64,000 bases of DNA from Octopus vulgaris (taxonomy: Eukaryota): NCBI GenBank assembly GCA_951406725.2, contig OX597822.1, positions 33,852,001 to 33,916,000 of the forward strand, in the 5' to 3' direction. Shown one piece after another: positions 41,013 to 54,300 of the stretch; positions within the stretch are counted from its first letter, which is position 1; every line of letters starts with the position of its first letter. Position numbers and translations under genes: made by a program. Under the pieces are notes generated by a model. It was not told the DNA's origin. It worked only from the letters and a program-made list of their open reading frames with translations, and did no database searches.

Positions 41013-41304
41013 AGCGTATTCAAAGAAATAACATAAGAGGCAGTCTCCGTTACAATATGCATCGAATCAAAACTTGAACTATGTTAGTTACATGGAGTGA
41101 CTAGACAAAAATGACGTCTACCTCTCACAACTGAGCCATGACTGAACCACGACTGCTCCACACCATCTGAAACACCCTCAATGAGTCAGAAGAGTAGAGG
41201 AAGGGCGCAAAAAATATATGCTGCTAACTATAAATTACGAGCATTTAAAAAAAGATTGGCGTGACAACACACCCCATGTGATTAACGAAGGGTTGATATC
41301 TAAA

Positions 41305-41888
41305 CAGAAACGTTAGCACGCCGGGCGAAATGCGTAGCCGTATTTCGTCTGCCGTTACGTTCTGAGTTCAAAGTCCTCCGAGGTCGACTTTGCCTTTCAT
41401 CTTTTCGGGGTCGATAAATTAAGTACCAGTTACGCACTGGGTCCATAAAATCGACTAAATCCGTCTGTCTGTTCTTGTTTGTCTCCTCTGTGTTTACCCC
41501 TTTGTGGGCAGTAAAAAAATTGGTACTTCGTCTGCGGCTACGATCTCAGTTCAAATTCCGCCGAGGTCGACTTTGCCTTTCATCCTTTCGGGGTCGATAA
41601 ATTAAGTACCGGTTACGCACTGGGGTCGATATAATCGACTTAATCCGTCTGTCTGTCCTTGTTTATCCCCTCTATGTTTAGCCTTTGTGGGCAGTAAAGA
41701 AATAAGAATCGTTAGCTAGACAAAATGCCTAGCGACATTTCGTCCACCTATACGTTCTGAGCTCAAATTACCCCGAGGTCGACTTTTCCTTTCATACTTC
41801 CGGGTTCGATATAATAAGTACCAGTTGAACACTAGCGTCGATTCAATCGAACGAAACTACTATCCTTGTGCCAAAATTTGATACCAAT
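41305..41888 (+). mobile_element. SINE family B trimer-like array
   Basis: Three consecutive cores. Confidence 0.85.
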
Positions 41889-42286
41889 TGTGGCATAGAA
41901 GTTACTAGAGACGATTTGGGAACCATGTTCAGTAGACACCATTCTATTCATCTTTTATTTTAACTGCTTTTAGTCAACGGATCATGGCCATGTTGTAGCT
42001 CTGACGTCAATAGATATACTCAAACATACAAACGCTTGTACTTATTTCAGTTTGGTATGTATGTTATCGATCAAAATCGAATCGCTAATATCCTTTTAAA
42101 CGTTTTGAAATACAGAGATGCAACTTGTCGCTATGATGCATACGGACACACAAATTCGCATATGTGTATGTTTGTGTGTTTGTGTGTGTGTGTGTGTGCG
42201 TGTGTGTATGTATATGTGTGTGTGTATATATATGTATATATATTCAGGGTTAAATAAAAAGACGACAAATGGAAAATTTGACATAC

Positions 42287-42348
<62 letters not shown>

Positions 42349-42819
42349 TTGTGTGTGTGTGTGTGTGTGCGTGTGTGTGTGTGTGTGTGCGTGCGTGTGT
42401 GTGTGCGTGGAAGTATACAAAAATATACGTTATTTTCCATCTTACTTTTCGTTTTGTTTCATTTTGAAAAATCTAAATTTCTTTTATGGTTTATTATTGT
42501 TTATATTTTAAATTACATATATATATGGGGCGAGGGCACCAAAATCTTCTAAGTGTTTTGGGCCTCTTTGTGCTTTAACTCAGCCCTGAGGATTGCACCA
42601 GGTGTATTAAGTTGTGAGAATATTCAGAGCTTTTTTTTATCTTCACATTATGACTTAGAAGCATCAAATAACAACAAAATCATTCCAAAAGGTTCGATCA
42701 TAGGCCATCCATATCGAAGTCCCTTATTTATCACGTCGTTTATTTTAACGTCCAGAAATCCCTTACAAATATCTATCGCCCAGTTACTTTTCGGTCAGCC
42801 TTATCGGCTTTCTCCTTCA

Positions 42820-43250
42820 AGGGCCCGTGATAAAACAGTCTATATGCTTTCTTGCCTGCTGTATGGAAGTGAAACATGGACAGTCTATAAAGTTCAAGCA
42901 GACAAGTTACATGAATATAGGATGAGACAGCTTCGGCAGATTATGTTTGACAAGATCAGAAATGAAGAGATCCTACTGTGTGCTGGTCTGCCTCATATGG
43001 TGGAAATCGGCACTGGTAGAAATTTACGTTAATTGAGAGAGAAGATGGACAACAGCAGACACCCCAGACAATTCCTTTACTCCCGAATATGCAAGGGGAA
43101 AAGAAACCATGGGAGTCCTAGACTGAGATTCAAAAATACTGCAAAGAGGATCATGAAGTGGAAGGTGGAAAAGAATTGATCATGATAAATGGCAAACCCA
43201 AGCGAAGAACCGACTAGTATGGGGAAAGATTATCAATCCATGCTAAAGCC
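42820..43250 (+). pseudogene. RTE-clade LINE 3' fragment
   Basis: LSCLLYGSETWTVY...LRQI..DKIRNEEIL..AGLP...RNLR, followed by a decayed GKR..G.PRLRFK motif. Confidence 0.85.
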
Positions 43251-43288
43251 ATGAACAGTCACAGACGAGACGATTGACTACAAATAAT

Positions 43289-43658
43289 AACAAGAGCACT
43301 CAGAGAGCACAAACCTCCGCCAAGGCAACGCCAACGTCTTCTCAACGATTAGCCAGAGATGATTTTTTAAATGAGAATATCTAAAATAAACTCGACTGCT
43401 CTCACAAACGAGAATACTAAAAATGAACCCGACCGTTCTAAAAAAATTAAGTAAAATAAAACAGGTAAAAATAATCCAGAATCCTTGTCCGGTACCAGAT
43501 CAATACCAAAATCTAATCAGTTCGTGCCAATCACGCGGCCAAACATCCTTGAAAGTTTCATTCGAATCCATTCAGTGGTTCTTGAGATATCTTGTCCACG
43601 GACAAACAAGCAAACACGACTGAAAACAATACCTCCGCCTTCACTAAGGCGGGGGTAA
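43289..43658 (+). mobile_element. Helentron/HINE-like non-autonomous repeat
   Basis: ACCTCCGCC near the 5' end and a terminal hairpin ACCTCCGCCTT-CACT-AAGGCGGGGGT. A second copy lies at 51535-51870. Confidence 0.55.
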
Positions 43659-44277
43659 TAATATATGTACTTTCGACTCTGGTTACTGCTCCGGTTTTTC
43701 ACACAAAATCTATCCGCCACTGGCGAGTATGACTTAGTAGTATGTATCATAATTATGTAAATTGCGTTAGGTGCCAATGTAGTCTAAGTTGGCACAGACA
43801 CACTCTCAGATCCCAACATTTGTTCCGGTGGAGCATCCAGGATGTAACAGCTGCAGTAGGAAGACAGAGGCCTGAATTCGGTAGGTACATATTTCAGATA
43901 AGTAGACTGAAATGCCTTGCTGAAAGACACTACGTGATTCCTGGTCCAAGAATACAACCAAAGACCCTAAGATCATGGACAGGATAAACTAGTCGCCAAA
44001 CCGCTAGACATAGATGATTAAACATAAGGGAGCTTCATGACGTCAGAAGAGCTAGAAGAGTGTGACGTAGGATGGATCAAGACGAGGCTAACAGAACAGT
44101 TGTGTGTGTGTGTGTGTTCATGTTTCTGTATATATGTATGTATGTACGTATGTATGTATGTATGTATGTATGTATGTATGTATGCATGTATGTATGTATG
44201 TATGTATGTATGTATGTATGTATGTATGTATGTATGTATGTATGTATGTATGTTTGTATGTATGTATGTATGTATTT

Positions 44278-44484
44278 GGGTGTCTGTGTTTCTCCCCTCA
44301 ACATTGCTTGACAGTCGATATTGGCGTGTTTACGTCCTCGTAACTGAGCGGTTTGGCAAAAGTGACCGATAGAATAAGTACTACGCTTACAAAGAATAAG
44401 TGCTAGAGTCGAAGTGTTCGACTAAAGGCGGTGCTCCAGCATGGCTGCAGTCAAATGACTGACACAGGTAAAAGAAATAAAAGG
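44278..44484 (+). mobile_element. SINE family A, 3' half
   Basis: Matches 30725-30925. Confidence 0.8.
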
Positions 44485-44978
44485 AATATATATATATATA
44501 TATATATATCGAAACGCAGAGTAGATGAAACAGGGACAACTGAAGAAGGGGAATGTTCTTTATGTTGCATGTCTCGTTTCTCTGTTTTTTTCGTTGTTCG
44601 AAAAAAAGTTCGTTTCTATGTTTTTGTTTTTATGTTTTCGTTTCTCATTATGTTCAACGTTTATTTTTATGTCCTTTACCCATATATGCATGTGTATATA
44701 CATATATATGTAGGTATGTACATATATGTATTTATATATGCATATATTTATATATTATATATATCATATTGGTAAAAACGGTAAGATATCAAAAGAAAGA
44801 GACCTTGATATTATGTAAATAGAGGAATTTATCTGCAAATGTAATATGTGACAATTATTCGGTAGCCAAGGTAAAACTCTGAGTTTCGGATGGAGGTGGA
44901 AATCCACGCCACCATCCCTTCAGTTATCCGGCCATCATGGCTACCGAATAATTGTCACATATTACATTTACAGATTAT

Positions 44979-45092
<114 letters not shown>

Positions 45093-45272
45093 ATAAATAA
45101 AAACACAAAATGGGACAAGAACGCAAAACATTCAAATAGACGACACAAAAAACGGACGGGTCATTCGAAGCCTCTAATCTTCAGTCAAGAACCGGATCAT
45201 GTTGATTCGCTAGCTTCTGCACGCACTTGTTTTTTTCTCTCCTTGTTTCTCTCCGTGTTTCTTTTCTGTGTA

Positions 45273-45310
45273 TCTTTCTGTTGAAGAGCGTAGGCTCGAA
45301 ACGTAAAAGA
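45273..45310 (+). ncRNA. Minimal hammerhead-like motif with variant core (CUGUUGA), in a ~190 bp repeat (45215-45408)
   Basis: TCTTT-CTGTTGA-A-GAGC(GTAG)GCTC-GAAA-CGT-A-AAAGA. Confidence 0.55.
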
Positions 45311-45426
45311 CTTGTTTTATTCATATTCCTGAGCGCCATACTAATACAATTGTTTGTTTGTATTCCACCTGCCTTCGTCTTTTGTTTATTTTCATAAAGC
45401 TTCCCGTTATATATATATATATATAT

Positions 45427-45497
<71 letters not shown>

Positions 45498-45865
45498 CAC
45501 ATGAATGTATTCTCATATATATATGTATATAATAGATATATACAGACATATTTACATGCATATTCAAATATAGAAACATACGCATATACATATGAATACA
45601 CACACACTCGCTCACACACATACTCACACACTCACACACACACACTCACACTCACATACACACATGTAAGCTACATAACCATTCTACCGCCGCTCCGTCT
45701 TTCCTGTTATTCGCAAATATATAATAATTGTAGAATTCCATTTCCGTGCTTTATTTTTTGTATTTTATTTTTCCTAATTAATCAGTTTTTATATAATTAA
45801 CAACATTAAAGTGAAAAGATGAAATGAGGGGCAATAATGCATAGATAAATATTGATAAAAGAAAC

Positions 45866-46590
45866 ATGGTGGTGGTGGCGGCGGCGGCGGTGGTGGTGGT
45901 GGTGGTGGTGGTGGTGGTGGTGGTGGTGATAGTGGTGATGGTAGTGATGGTGGTGATGTTTGTGGTAGTGGTGGTGGTTGTGATGGTACTAATGGTGGTG
46001 GTAGTGATGATAGAAGTGGTGGTGGTGGTGGTGATGGTAGTGATGATTGAAGTGGTGGTGGTGGTAGTGATTGCGGCCGTGGTGGTGATGGTGATGGTGG
46101 TGGTGTGGTGGTGGTGGTGGTGGTGGTGGTGATAGTGGTGATGGTAGTGATGGTGGTGATGTTTGTGGTAGTGGTGGTGGTTGTGATGGTACTAATGGTG
46201 GTGGTAGTGATGATAGAAGTGGTGGTGGTGGTGGTGATGGTAGTGATGATTGAAGTGGTGGTGGTGGTAGTGATTGCGGCCGTGGTGGTGATGGTGATGG
46301 TGGTGGTGGTGGTGGTGGTGGTGGTGGTGGTGGTGGTGGTGGTGATAGTGGTGATGGTAGTGATGGTGGTGATGTTTGTGGTAGTGGTGGTGGTTGTGAT
46401 GGTACTAATGGTGGTGGTAGTGATGATGGAAGTGGTGGTGGTGGTGGTGATGGTAGTGATGATTGAAGTGGTGGTGGCGGCGGCGGTGATGATGGTGGCG
46501 GTGGTAGTGATTGCGGCCGTGGTGGTGATGGTGATGGTGGTGGTAGTGGTGGTGGTGGTGTTGGGGTTGGCGGTGGTGGCGACGGCGAGA
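45866..46590. repeat. Compound (GTG/GAT) microsatellite with a ~205-215 bp higher-order period (x3)
   Basis: The marker TACTAATGG occurs at 45987, 46190 and 46403, and TTGCGGCCGTGG occurs three times. Confidence 0.9.
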
Positions 46591-46953
46591 CTATTCGAAA
46601 GAATAACATATTTGAATTTTATTTGTTTTAATTGAATTTCTCTCATTTATTGATTTCTGTCTTCCAATGTCTTCCATTTAAAAATAGAGTCTGCCATGCA
46701 TGCGTGTATGTGTGTGTGTGAGAGAGGAGAATGTGTGTGTGTGTGTGTGTGTGTAAGCATGCGTGTATGTGTGTGTGTGTGTGTGTAAGCATGCGTGTAT
46801 GTGTGAGAGAGAGAGAGAGAGAGAGAGCATGAGTGCATGTATGTGTGTGCGCGCATGTGTGTGTGTCTGTGTGTGTGTTCGTACGTCTGTGTGTGTGTCT
46901 GTGTGTGTGTTCGTACGTCTGTGTGTGTGTATGTGTCTGACGCTGAGTGTGCC

Positions 46954-46994
<41 letters not shown>

Positions 46995-47407
46995 GCATGT
47001 GTGCATGTATGTGTGTGCGCGCATGTGTATGTGTTTGTGTGTGAGTTCGTACGTCTGTGAGTGTGTGTCTGACGCTGAGTGTGCCTGCGTGTGTGTGCGT
47101 GCGTGTGTTCCTGTGTGTATAAGTTTCCGTGTGTGTATTTGTGTGTGTGTGCATGTATTTGAGCGAAAGTGTGTATGTGTGTGTGTGTGTGCGCGCGCAC
47201 GTGTATGTGTGCGTGTGTACGTAAGTGTATGAGTGTGTGTGTATCTCTGTATGCATACATTTGTATGTATGCATGTATGTACATGAATATCTACAATATA
47301 AATGAGAGTGTATGTGGTTATGCATGTGTTTAACCCCGAGAGGCTCAGAAACGGTGCATCCTCGAGAAAAACGAATTTGGTTTTCGAAAGTTGCATCCTA
47401 GACAGAA

Positions 47408-47789
47408 TGGAGGCGCAATGGCCCAGTGGTTAGGGCAGCGGACTCGCGGTCATAGGATCGCGGTTTCGATTCCCAGACCGGGCGTTGTGAGTGTTTATTG
47501 AGCGAAAACACCTAAAGCTCCACGAGGCTCCGGCAGGGGATAGTGGTGATCCCTGCTGTACTCTTTCACCACAACTTTCTCTCACTCTTACTTCCTGTTT
47601 CTGTTGTACCTGTATTTCAAAGGGTCGGCCTTGTCACTCTCTGTATCACGCTGAATATCCCCGAGAACTACGTTAAGAGTACACGTGTCTGTGGAGTGCT
47701 CAGCCACTTACACGTTAATTTCACGAGCAGGCTGTTCCGTTGATTCGGATCAACCGGAACCCTCATCGTCGTAACCGACGGAGTGCTTC
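47408..47789 (+). mobile_element. tRNA-derived SINE family C, full length
   Basis: A box TGGCCCAGTGG, B box GTTTCGATTCC, and a 14 bp TSD CATCCTAGACAGAA (47394-47407 and 47790-47803). Confidence 0.92.
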
Positions 47790-48451
47790 CATCCTAGACA
47801 GAACGTTGCTACGAGAAATGACTGAACTTTTATTTCGACAAATTTCCCATCTCTAGCTATTACCATAAATCCTTCTCTTTTGCACCATCTCCTTTCTCTG
47901 TACATATTTACCACACTCTATTACTGTCTCTCCCCCTCTCTCCCTCTCCGTCTAAATATGTATTTTCTCCCAAGCATTGTTTTTATTTTGTTTAAAACTC
48001 GTCTCGAAATGTTTACTTTCATATTCTGATACAACTTATCACGCACAAATTGCTTAGCTTCCGAATTCTGTTTTCTAATCTGATTTTAATGATCAAATTT
48101 TAAACCTCTGTAACCCTTTAAAAAAAATGTTTTTCTTGAATAAATGTATCACAATATTCAACGTATAAATCTACATCAATATATCAGCTTTGAAAATTTT
48201 TCACTGAATTTAAAAATTTCAAAATCTGTGACAGTAAAAGATCTCTCTCTCCCTCTCTTTTTCCTTTTCTCCCTCTCTTTCTCTCTCTATTTGTCTATCT
48301 CTTTCATTTTTCGCTTTTCTCATTGTAAACTTAACCTTTCTCTCTCTCTCTCTCTCTCTCTCTATATCTGTCTCTATATATATATCTATCTATATATATA
48401 TATATATATATATATACCACATTCTCTCTGTAAATGTATATTGCTCATTCA

Positions 48452-48692
48452 CGCACAAGGCCTGGAATTCGAAGGGAGGGGGATAGTCGATCACATCGAC
48501 CCTAGAACTTGACTGGTACTTCATTTATCGATCTCGAAACGATGACAGGTAAAGTTGATTCTAGTAAAGACGGACGAAATGCTGCTAAGGGTTTTGCCCG
48601 GTGTGCTAACGATTCTGCCAGCTCGCCACCTTGGACACTACTACTACTACTACTACTACTAATACTAATACTAATAATAATAATTATAATAC

Positions 48693-48756
<64 letters not shown>

Positions 48757-48787
48757 TATTATTATTATTATTATAATTATAATAGTA

Positions 48788-48840
<53 letters not shown>

Positions 48841-49193
48841 CTTTTGCGGAGGAGGTAAGTCGATTAGGTCGACTCCCGTACGCAACTGGTACTTAATTTA
48901 TTGGCTCCGAAAGGATGAAAGGCAAAGTCGACCTCGACGGAATTTGAACTCAGAACTTAAAAACAGACGAAATACCTATTTCTTTACTACCCACAAGGAG
49001 CTAAACACAGAGAGGACAAACGGATTAAGTTGATTATATCGACTCCAGTGCGTAACTGGTACTTATTTAATCGACCCCGAAAGGATGAAAGGCAAAGTCG
49101 ACCTCGGCGGAATTTGAACTTAGAACGTAGCGGCAGACGAAATACCCCTAAGCATTTCACCAGGCACGCTAGCGATTCAGCCAGCTCGCCGCC

Positions 49194-49195
<2 letters not shown>
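48452..49195 (-). mobile_element. SINE family B cluster interleaved with (AAT)n
   Basis: Cores at 48452-48632 and a dimer at 48848-49195. Confidence 0.8.
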
Positions 49196-49269
<74 letters not shown>

Positions 49270-49283
49270 TGATGATGATGATG

Positions 49284-49363
<80 letters not shown>

Positions 49364-49379
49364 AATAATAATAATAATA

Positions 49380-49452
<73 letters not shown>

Positions 49453-49455
49453 CGA

Positions 49456-49512
<57 letters not shown>

Positions 49513-49740
49513 TGATGATGATGACGACGATGATGATGATGACGACGATGATGATGATGATGATGATGATAGTAATAAAAACAATGATTACAACAATGAC
49601 ATCTATAATGATGATGGTGGCGGTGGTGGTTGTGGTAGTGGTGGTAGTGGCTGTGGTGGTGATGTTGGCGATGATGTTGATGATGACAACAACAAAAACG
49701 ACGCCGACGACGACAGCAATAACAGCAACAACAACAACTT
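49196..49740. repeat. Compound trinucleotide tract (AAT/GAT/GAC/GGT)
   Basis: Directly visible. Confidence 0.9.
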
Positions 49741-50037
49741 ATAAATAATATGAAAATAAAAACATCTGTTCATGACTTGGTGTATGCAATCTGCGAATAA
49801 TGGAGACAGAAGATATTTCATTTCTGGCACGAACCGTTCAGATCTATTTGAACTGGACTGAGACGGAATTCTTCCCTGTTTGTTCTGGAAGCTTCCAATC
49901 AATATCCATTTAATCTGCATTACTTTTTCGGTATTTGTTAGCCAATGAAAAGGGAATCTAATCTAATTACGGTTTAGGGTTTGTAAACGCCAATTTAAAC
50001 AACCAAAACCGTGAAACGTGGGGCGGGAGTAAAAACA

Positions 50038-50077
<40 letters not shown>

Positions 50078-50471
50078 TTTCTGGAACTCGTAGTTTATGA
50101 TTTTCGTTGTTTAGTAATTTTTTTTTATCGTTGTTGAGTTTTTTTGTGCGAATGTGTTTTTATTTTTATTTATTATTTTTTTTACTTTATTTATTTTTTT
50201 TTGCTTCGTCTCAGTCATTGGACTGCGGCCATGCTATCCTGTGGGGTACGGCTTTGAAGGGTTTTAATCGAATAAATCGGCTTCCAGTACTTATGCTTTG
50301 TGATACTTTTCTTTTTAAAGTCTGCTGTTTATTCTATCGATCACTTTTGCTGAACCGCCAACGTTGCGTGGACATAAACAAACCGACATAGTTTGTCAAG
50401 CGGTAGGCGGTGACAAATGTAGACACTGATGCACACACACAAACATATGTCTGTATATCTGCATACACATA

Positions 50472-50547
<76 letters not shown>

Positions 50548-50660
50548 AAGTTTTATGTTTCTAGTTTGATAATAGAGTTTATTATAAGTAAAATTATTAT
50601 ATTATTTATATCTTAAAAATATTGTTTAAATATTTCTGATTATATTTTAGATATTTCAAT

Positions 50661-50729
50661 TACCTGAAGATTGACTGTAACCATAACTCGAATTATTACG
50701 AATTGTACAGCCATGAAACGATCGTAGTG
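50661..50729 (+). ncRNA. Type I hammerhead ribozyme motif in a (TA)n-flanked Penelope-like LTR fragment (~50545-50870)
   Basis: TAC-CTGAAGA-TTGACTGTA...TACAGCCAT-GAAA-CGATCG-TA-GTG. The downstream flank resembles 25357-25414. Confidence 0.7.
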
Positions 50730-50862
50730 TTTTACTCTTTATCTTTTATTAAACTTTTAATACTTTTGATATATTTAAAATAATATAAATTAATTAATTT
50801 TATGTATTGGCTTATGTTTTTCATTGTTTGATTTGCCTAATAGTGGTTTTATCTCTAATTTA

Positions 50863-50954
<92 letters not shown>

Positions 50955-51213
50955 ATGCGTAAATATATATATCCCGTCATCAACGGAAAAGAATAAGAGA
51001 CAATAATCACAGAGAGAAGACGAAAAGAAGAAGAAAAGATGAAAGAAAGTCAAAGTAACAACGTATGGAGTAAGGAAAAACAGAAAATTCAAAAAAGTTC
51101 AAATATATATTGGCGCGCTCACTCATACATACATACATACACGCACACATCCTCGTATGTTTAGTAATTCTTTCTTTGTCATGTATGTAACCTTATGGTG
51201 AATAACGGAAGCT

Positions 51214-51288
<75 letters not shown>

Positions 51289-51534
51289 ACAGCATTCTGA
51301 TAGTCTTATTAAGGTGCAAGCTGACAGAATTGTCAGTATTCCAGAAAAAAATGTTATGTGACATTAAGTGTTTTTACGTTCTGATTTCATATTCCGCCCT
51401 GGTCGACTTTGCCTTTCGTCCTTTCGAGGTTGATAAATTAAGTACCAATGAAACACAGAGGGCGGTATGATCGACTTGCCCCCACCCCCAAACTCGCTGG
51501 CCTTGTGCCAAAATTTGAAATCATTATTATCATT

Positions 51535-51870
51535 AAAAGGAGGTATTGTTTTCAGTCTTGTTTGTCCGTGTACAAGATATCTCAAGAACCGCTGGATGGA
51601 TTTCGATGAAACTTTCAGGTATGTTTGGTCTCATGACTGGCACGACGAACTGATTAGATTTTATGATCGCTCTGGTACTGGACAAGAATTCTGGATTATT
51701 TTTTCCTGTTCTTCTACCTAACTTTTGAGGGCGGTCGGGTTCATTTTTACTATTCTCGTTTGTGAGAGCAGTCGAGTTCATTTCAGATATTTTCATTTCA
51801 AAAATCATCTCTGGCTAATCCTTGAGAACACAATGGTGTTGCCTTGGCGAGAGTATGCGACCTCTGAGTC
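51535..51870 (-). mobile_element. Helentron/HINE-like repeat, second copy
   Basis: Reverse-complement similarity to 43289-43635 along its length. Confidence 0.55.
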
Positions 51871-51871
51871 C

Positions 51872-51903
<32 letters not shown>

Positions 51904-51928
51904 CCACCACCACCACCACCACCATCAC

Positions 51929-51994
<66 letters not shown>

Positions 51995-52012
51995 TACTAT
52001 TACTATTACTAT

Positions 52013-52083
<71 letters not shown>

Positions 52084-52091
52084 TCATCATC

Positions 52092-52164
<73 letters not shown>

Positions 52165-52564
52165 GTAGTAGTAGTAGTATTATTATTATTATTATTATAC
52201 CTCTTACATTAATTTTGCTGGGTATGATCGAAAGTGTCGGCTGTCCACGGTCAGCAGACTAATGTGACTCTTGTTTACTGATCATGCTTCAAGAACTCTC
52301 CTTGCAGAGAGCTCTTACAGTTCCAGGTGATGGTGCCTTTTGTAGGTATTCTACTTTACGTTAGTTCCAAACTTTTTAAGCCATGTTTGTAATTGGACAC
52401 CAATGCTTCCAGGCGCACCACCAATCACTATTGGTATCATGTCCACTTTCTTCTTTGCCCGCAGCCTGTATATTTCTCATTTCACTTCATCATACTTGTT
52501 TACTTTTTCGTCTTTCTCTTCAATCTTGCTGTCACCAGGTTGTTGTTTGTTCCTTCTCTAGCCA

Positions 52565-52846
52565 TGCTTGTCTCATAAGGGCTGGTTTCCCGGTTTCATT
52601 GGCGTAACAGGTTCCCCTACCTGGACGGGACGCCGGTCCGTCGCAGGTGAGCTGCTAGATGCAGGAGGAAACAGTAAGAGAAAGTTGTGGCGAAAGAGTC
52701 AGCAGAAGTTCACCATTACCTTCTGCTGGAGCTGCGTGGAGCTTAGGTGTTTCGCGCATAAACATACACATCACCCGGTATGAGATTCGAACCTGCGATC
52801 CCTCGAGTGCGAATCCGCAGCTCTAACCACTAGGCCATGTACCTCC
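52565..52846 (-). mobile_element. SINE family C2
   Basis: Similar to 40090-40355. Confidence 0.85.
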
Positions 52847-52905
52847 CCTGTTGTCACCAGGATATGCAAGGTCAATCATCATCATCATCATCATCATTAT
52901 TATTA

Positions 52906-53010
<105 letters not shown>

Positions 53011-53243
53011 CTTCCGACGCCGTTAGACGTACGTGAATCAGCTCCGTGAATTTGACACCAATTTCATTGGAAATCTATTAATAGGTTTGAATATTTTTTA
53101 ATATTTCTGTAGCCAAACCGACCGGCTTCTTTGCGGAGCTCGTCGGTTGGGCGAAATTTTGCCCCATTCGGGGTGAAATTGCGTTTGAAAATTTTGAACA
53201 TTTGACATTTTTCAACATTTTGAATATTACAACAAAAAAAAAC

Positions 53244-54266
53244 ATGGCTATGAAGCGAACAGTTGGCTGTTCCTTCCTTCAAGATACACTCCCTCCGCAA
53301 ACACGCACAACTCGTACAAAACACCCACTTCACGCCTTAAAAGGCAACAAAGATTCTCCTTCCGAACCGCAGAGCACGCGCTCGGTTCAAAAGGAAAATG
53401 CAAGTCATGACGTCGCGTTCGACGTAATTCTTGATTTTCCCCTCTGCCTTCACCCAATGCTTTGGTAAGGAAGGAGGAGGGAGAAAAAACAAATACAAAA
53501 ATCATCACAAACATTGACACGGAAATAAAAGAAAAAACTTCCAACAATTTTGCTTCTGCTGCGAAGCAAATTTCGGAGGAAGTTAAGATAACTCTAGAAG
53601 ATGTGAAAAGAGCGAAGGAATTGTTAAGGAAGGATGGCAATGGTATCTTCCTCAATACTCCACAAGAGGTGATTGAAAGCACCAACAAGCAAACAATAAT
53701 TTACAAAGTTTTCGACAGAAAACTAAAAAGAATAACAAATGCCACACCCCAACAGTTGGAGATAGCTCTAAAGCCCATTTGGGCCCAAAAGAGCTACGTA
53801 ACCAAGGGGAAGCGTTTTGGAACCGTGGAGGTTCGCTTCCCAACAGAGGAGCTTGCAAGGGCGAACGCCATTTCGCCCTTGCAAACTGAGAATTTGTTAC
53901 TAATTCCAACCCACCTCGGGCGAAGAGTTACAAAAATAAAAATCGACCTCGTCCCCCCTGAATTAAATATGTCATGGCTGGTGGCAGCTGTCCTCTATGA
54001 TATAGAGGACACTACCACCATTCTAGATGTCAGGAGAGTGAGGGCGAAAAACTGGTTGGGGATGGGAGTGCTGCTTCTTGCGCAAATTCAGCAAGAGAAT
54101 ATAAGTAAAGTCCCTGATTTCGTAAGTTTGCCGGACGGCACTAGGCTAAACGTTGCTGTGGAGGGGCGAAAGCCAAAATGCTTTCTCTGCAGCAGCGAAA
54201 GCCACTTAAAGAGGGACTGTCCCATTCACAAAAAGAGGATGGAGGCTTTCAGCAAGAGGCAGCAGC

Positions 54267-54300
<34 letters not shown>

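Noticed and set aside
44510-44552. Permuted (type II) hammerhead GAAAC...GTA...CTGAAGA in the repeat shared with 7400-7445
   Set aside because: Core words are present in both copies, but stems I and III could not be paired convincingly by eye.
45789-46646. 285 aa mucin-like or extensin-like ORF
   Set aside because: It is entirely microsatellite-derived and open in several frames on both strands, with no signal peptide or splice support.
47408-47482. tRNA gene
   Set aside because: A and B boxes are present, but the sequence continues into a SINE body within TSDs and lacks a proper acceptor stem.
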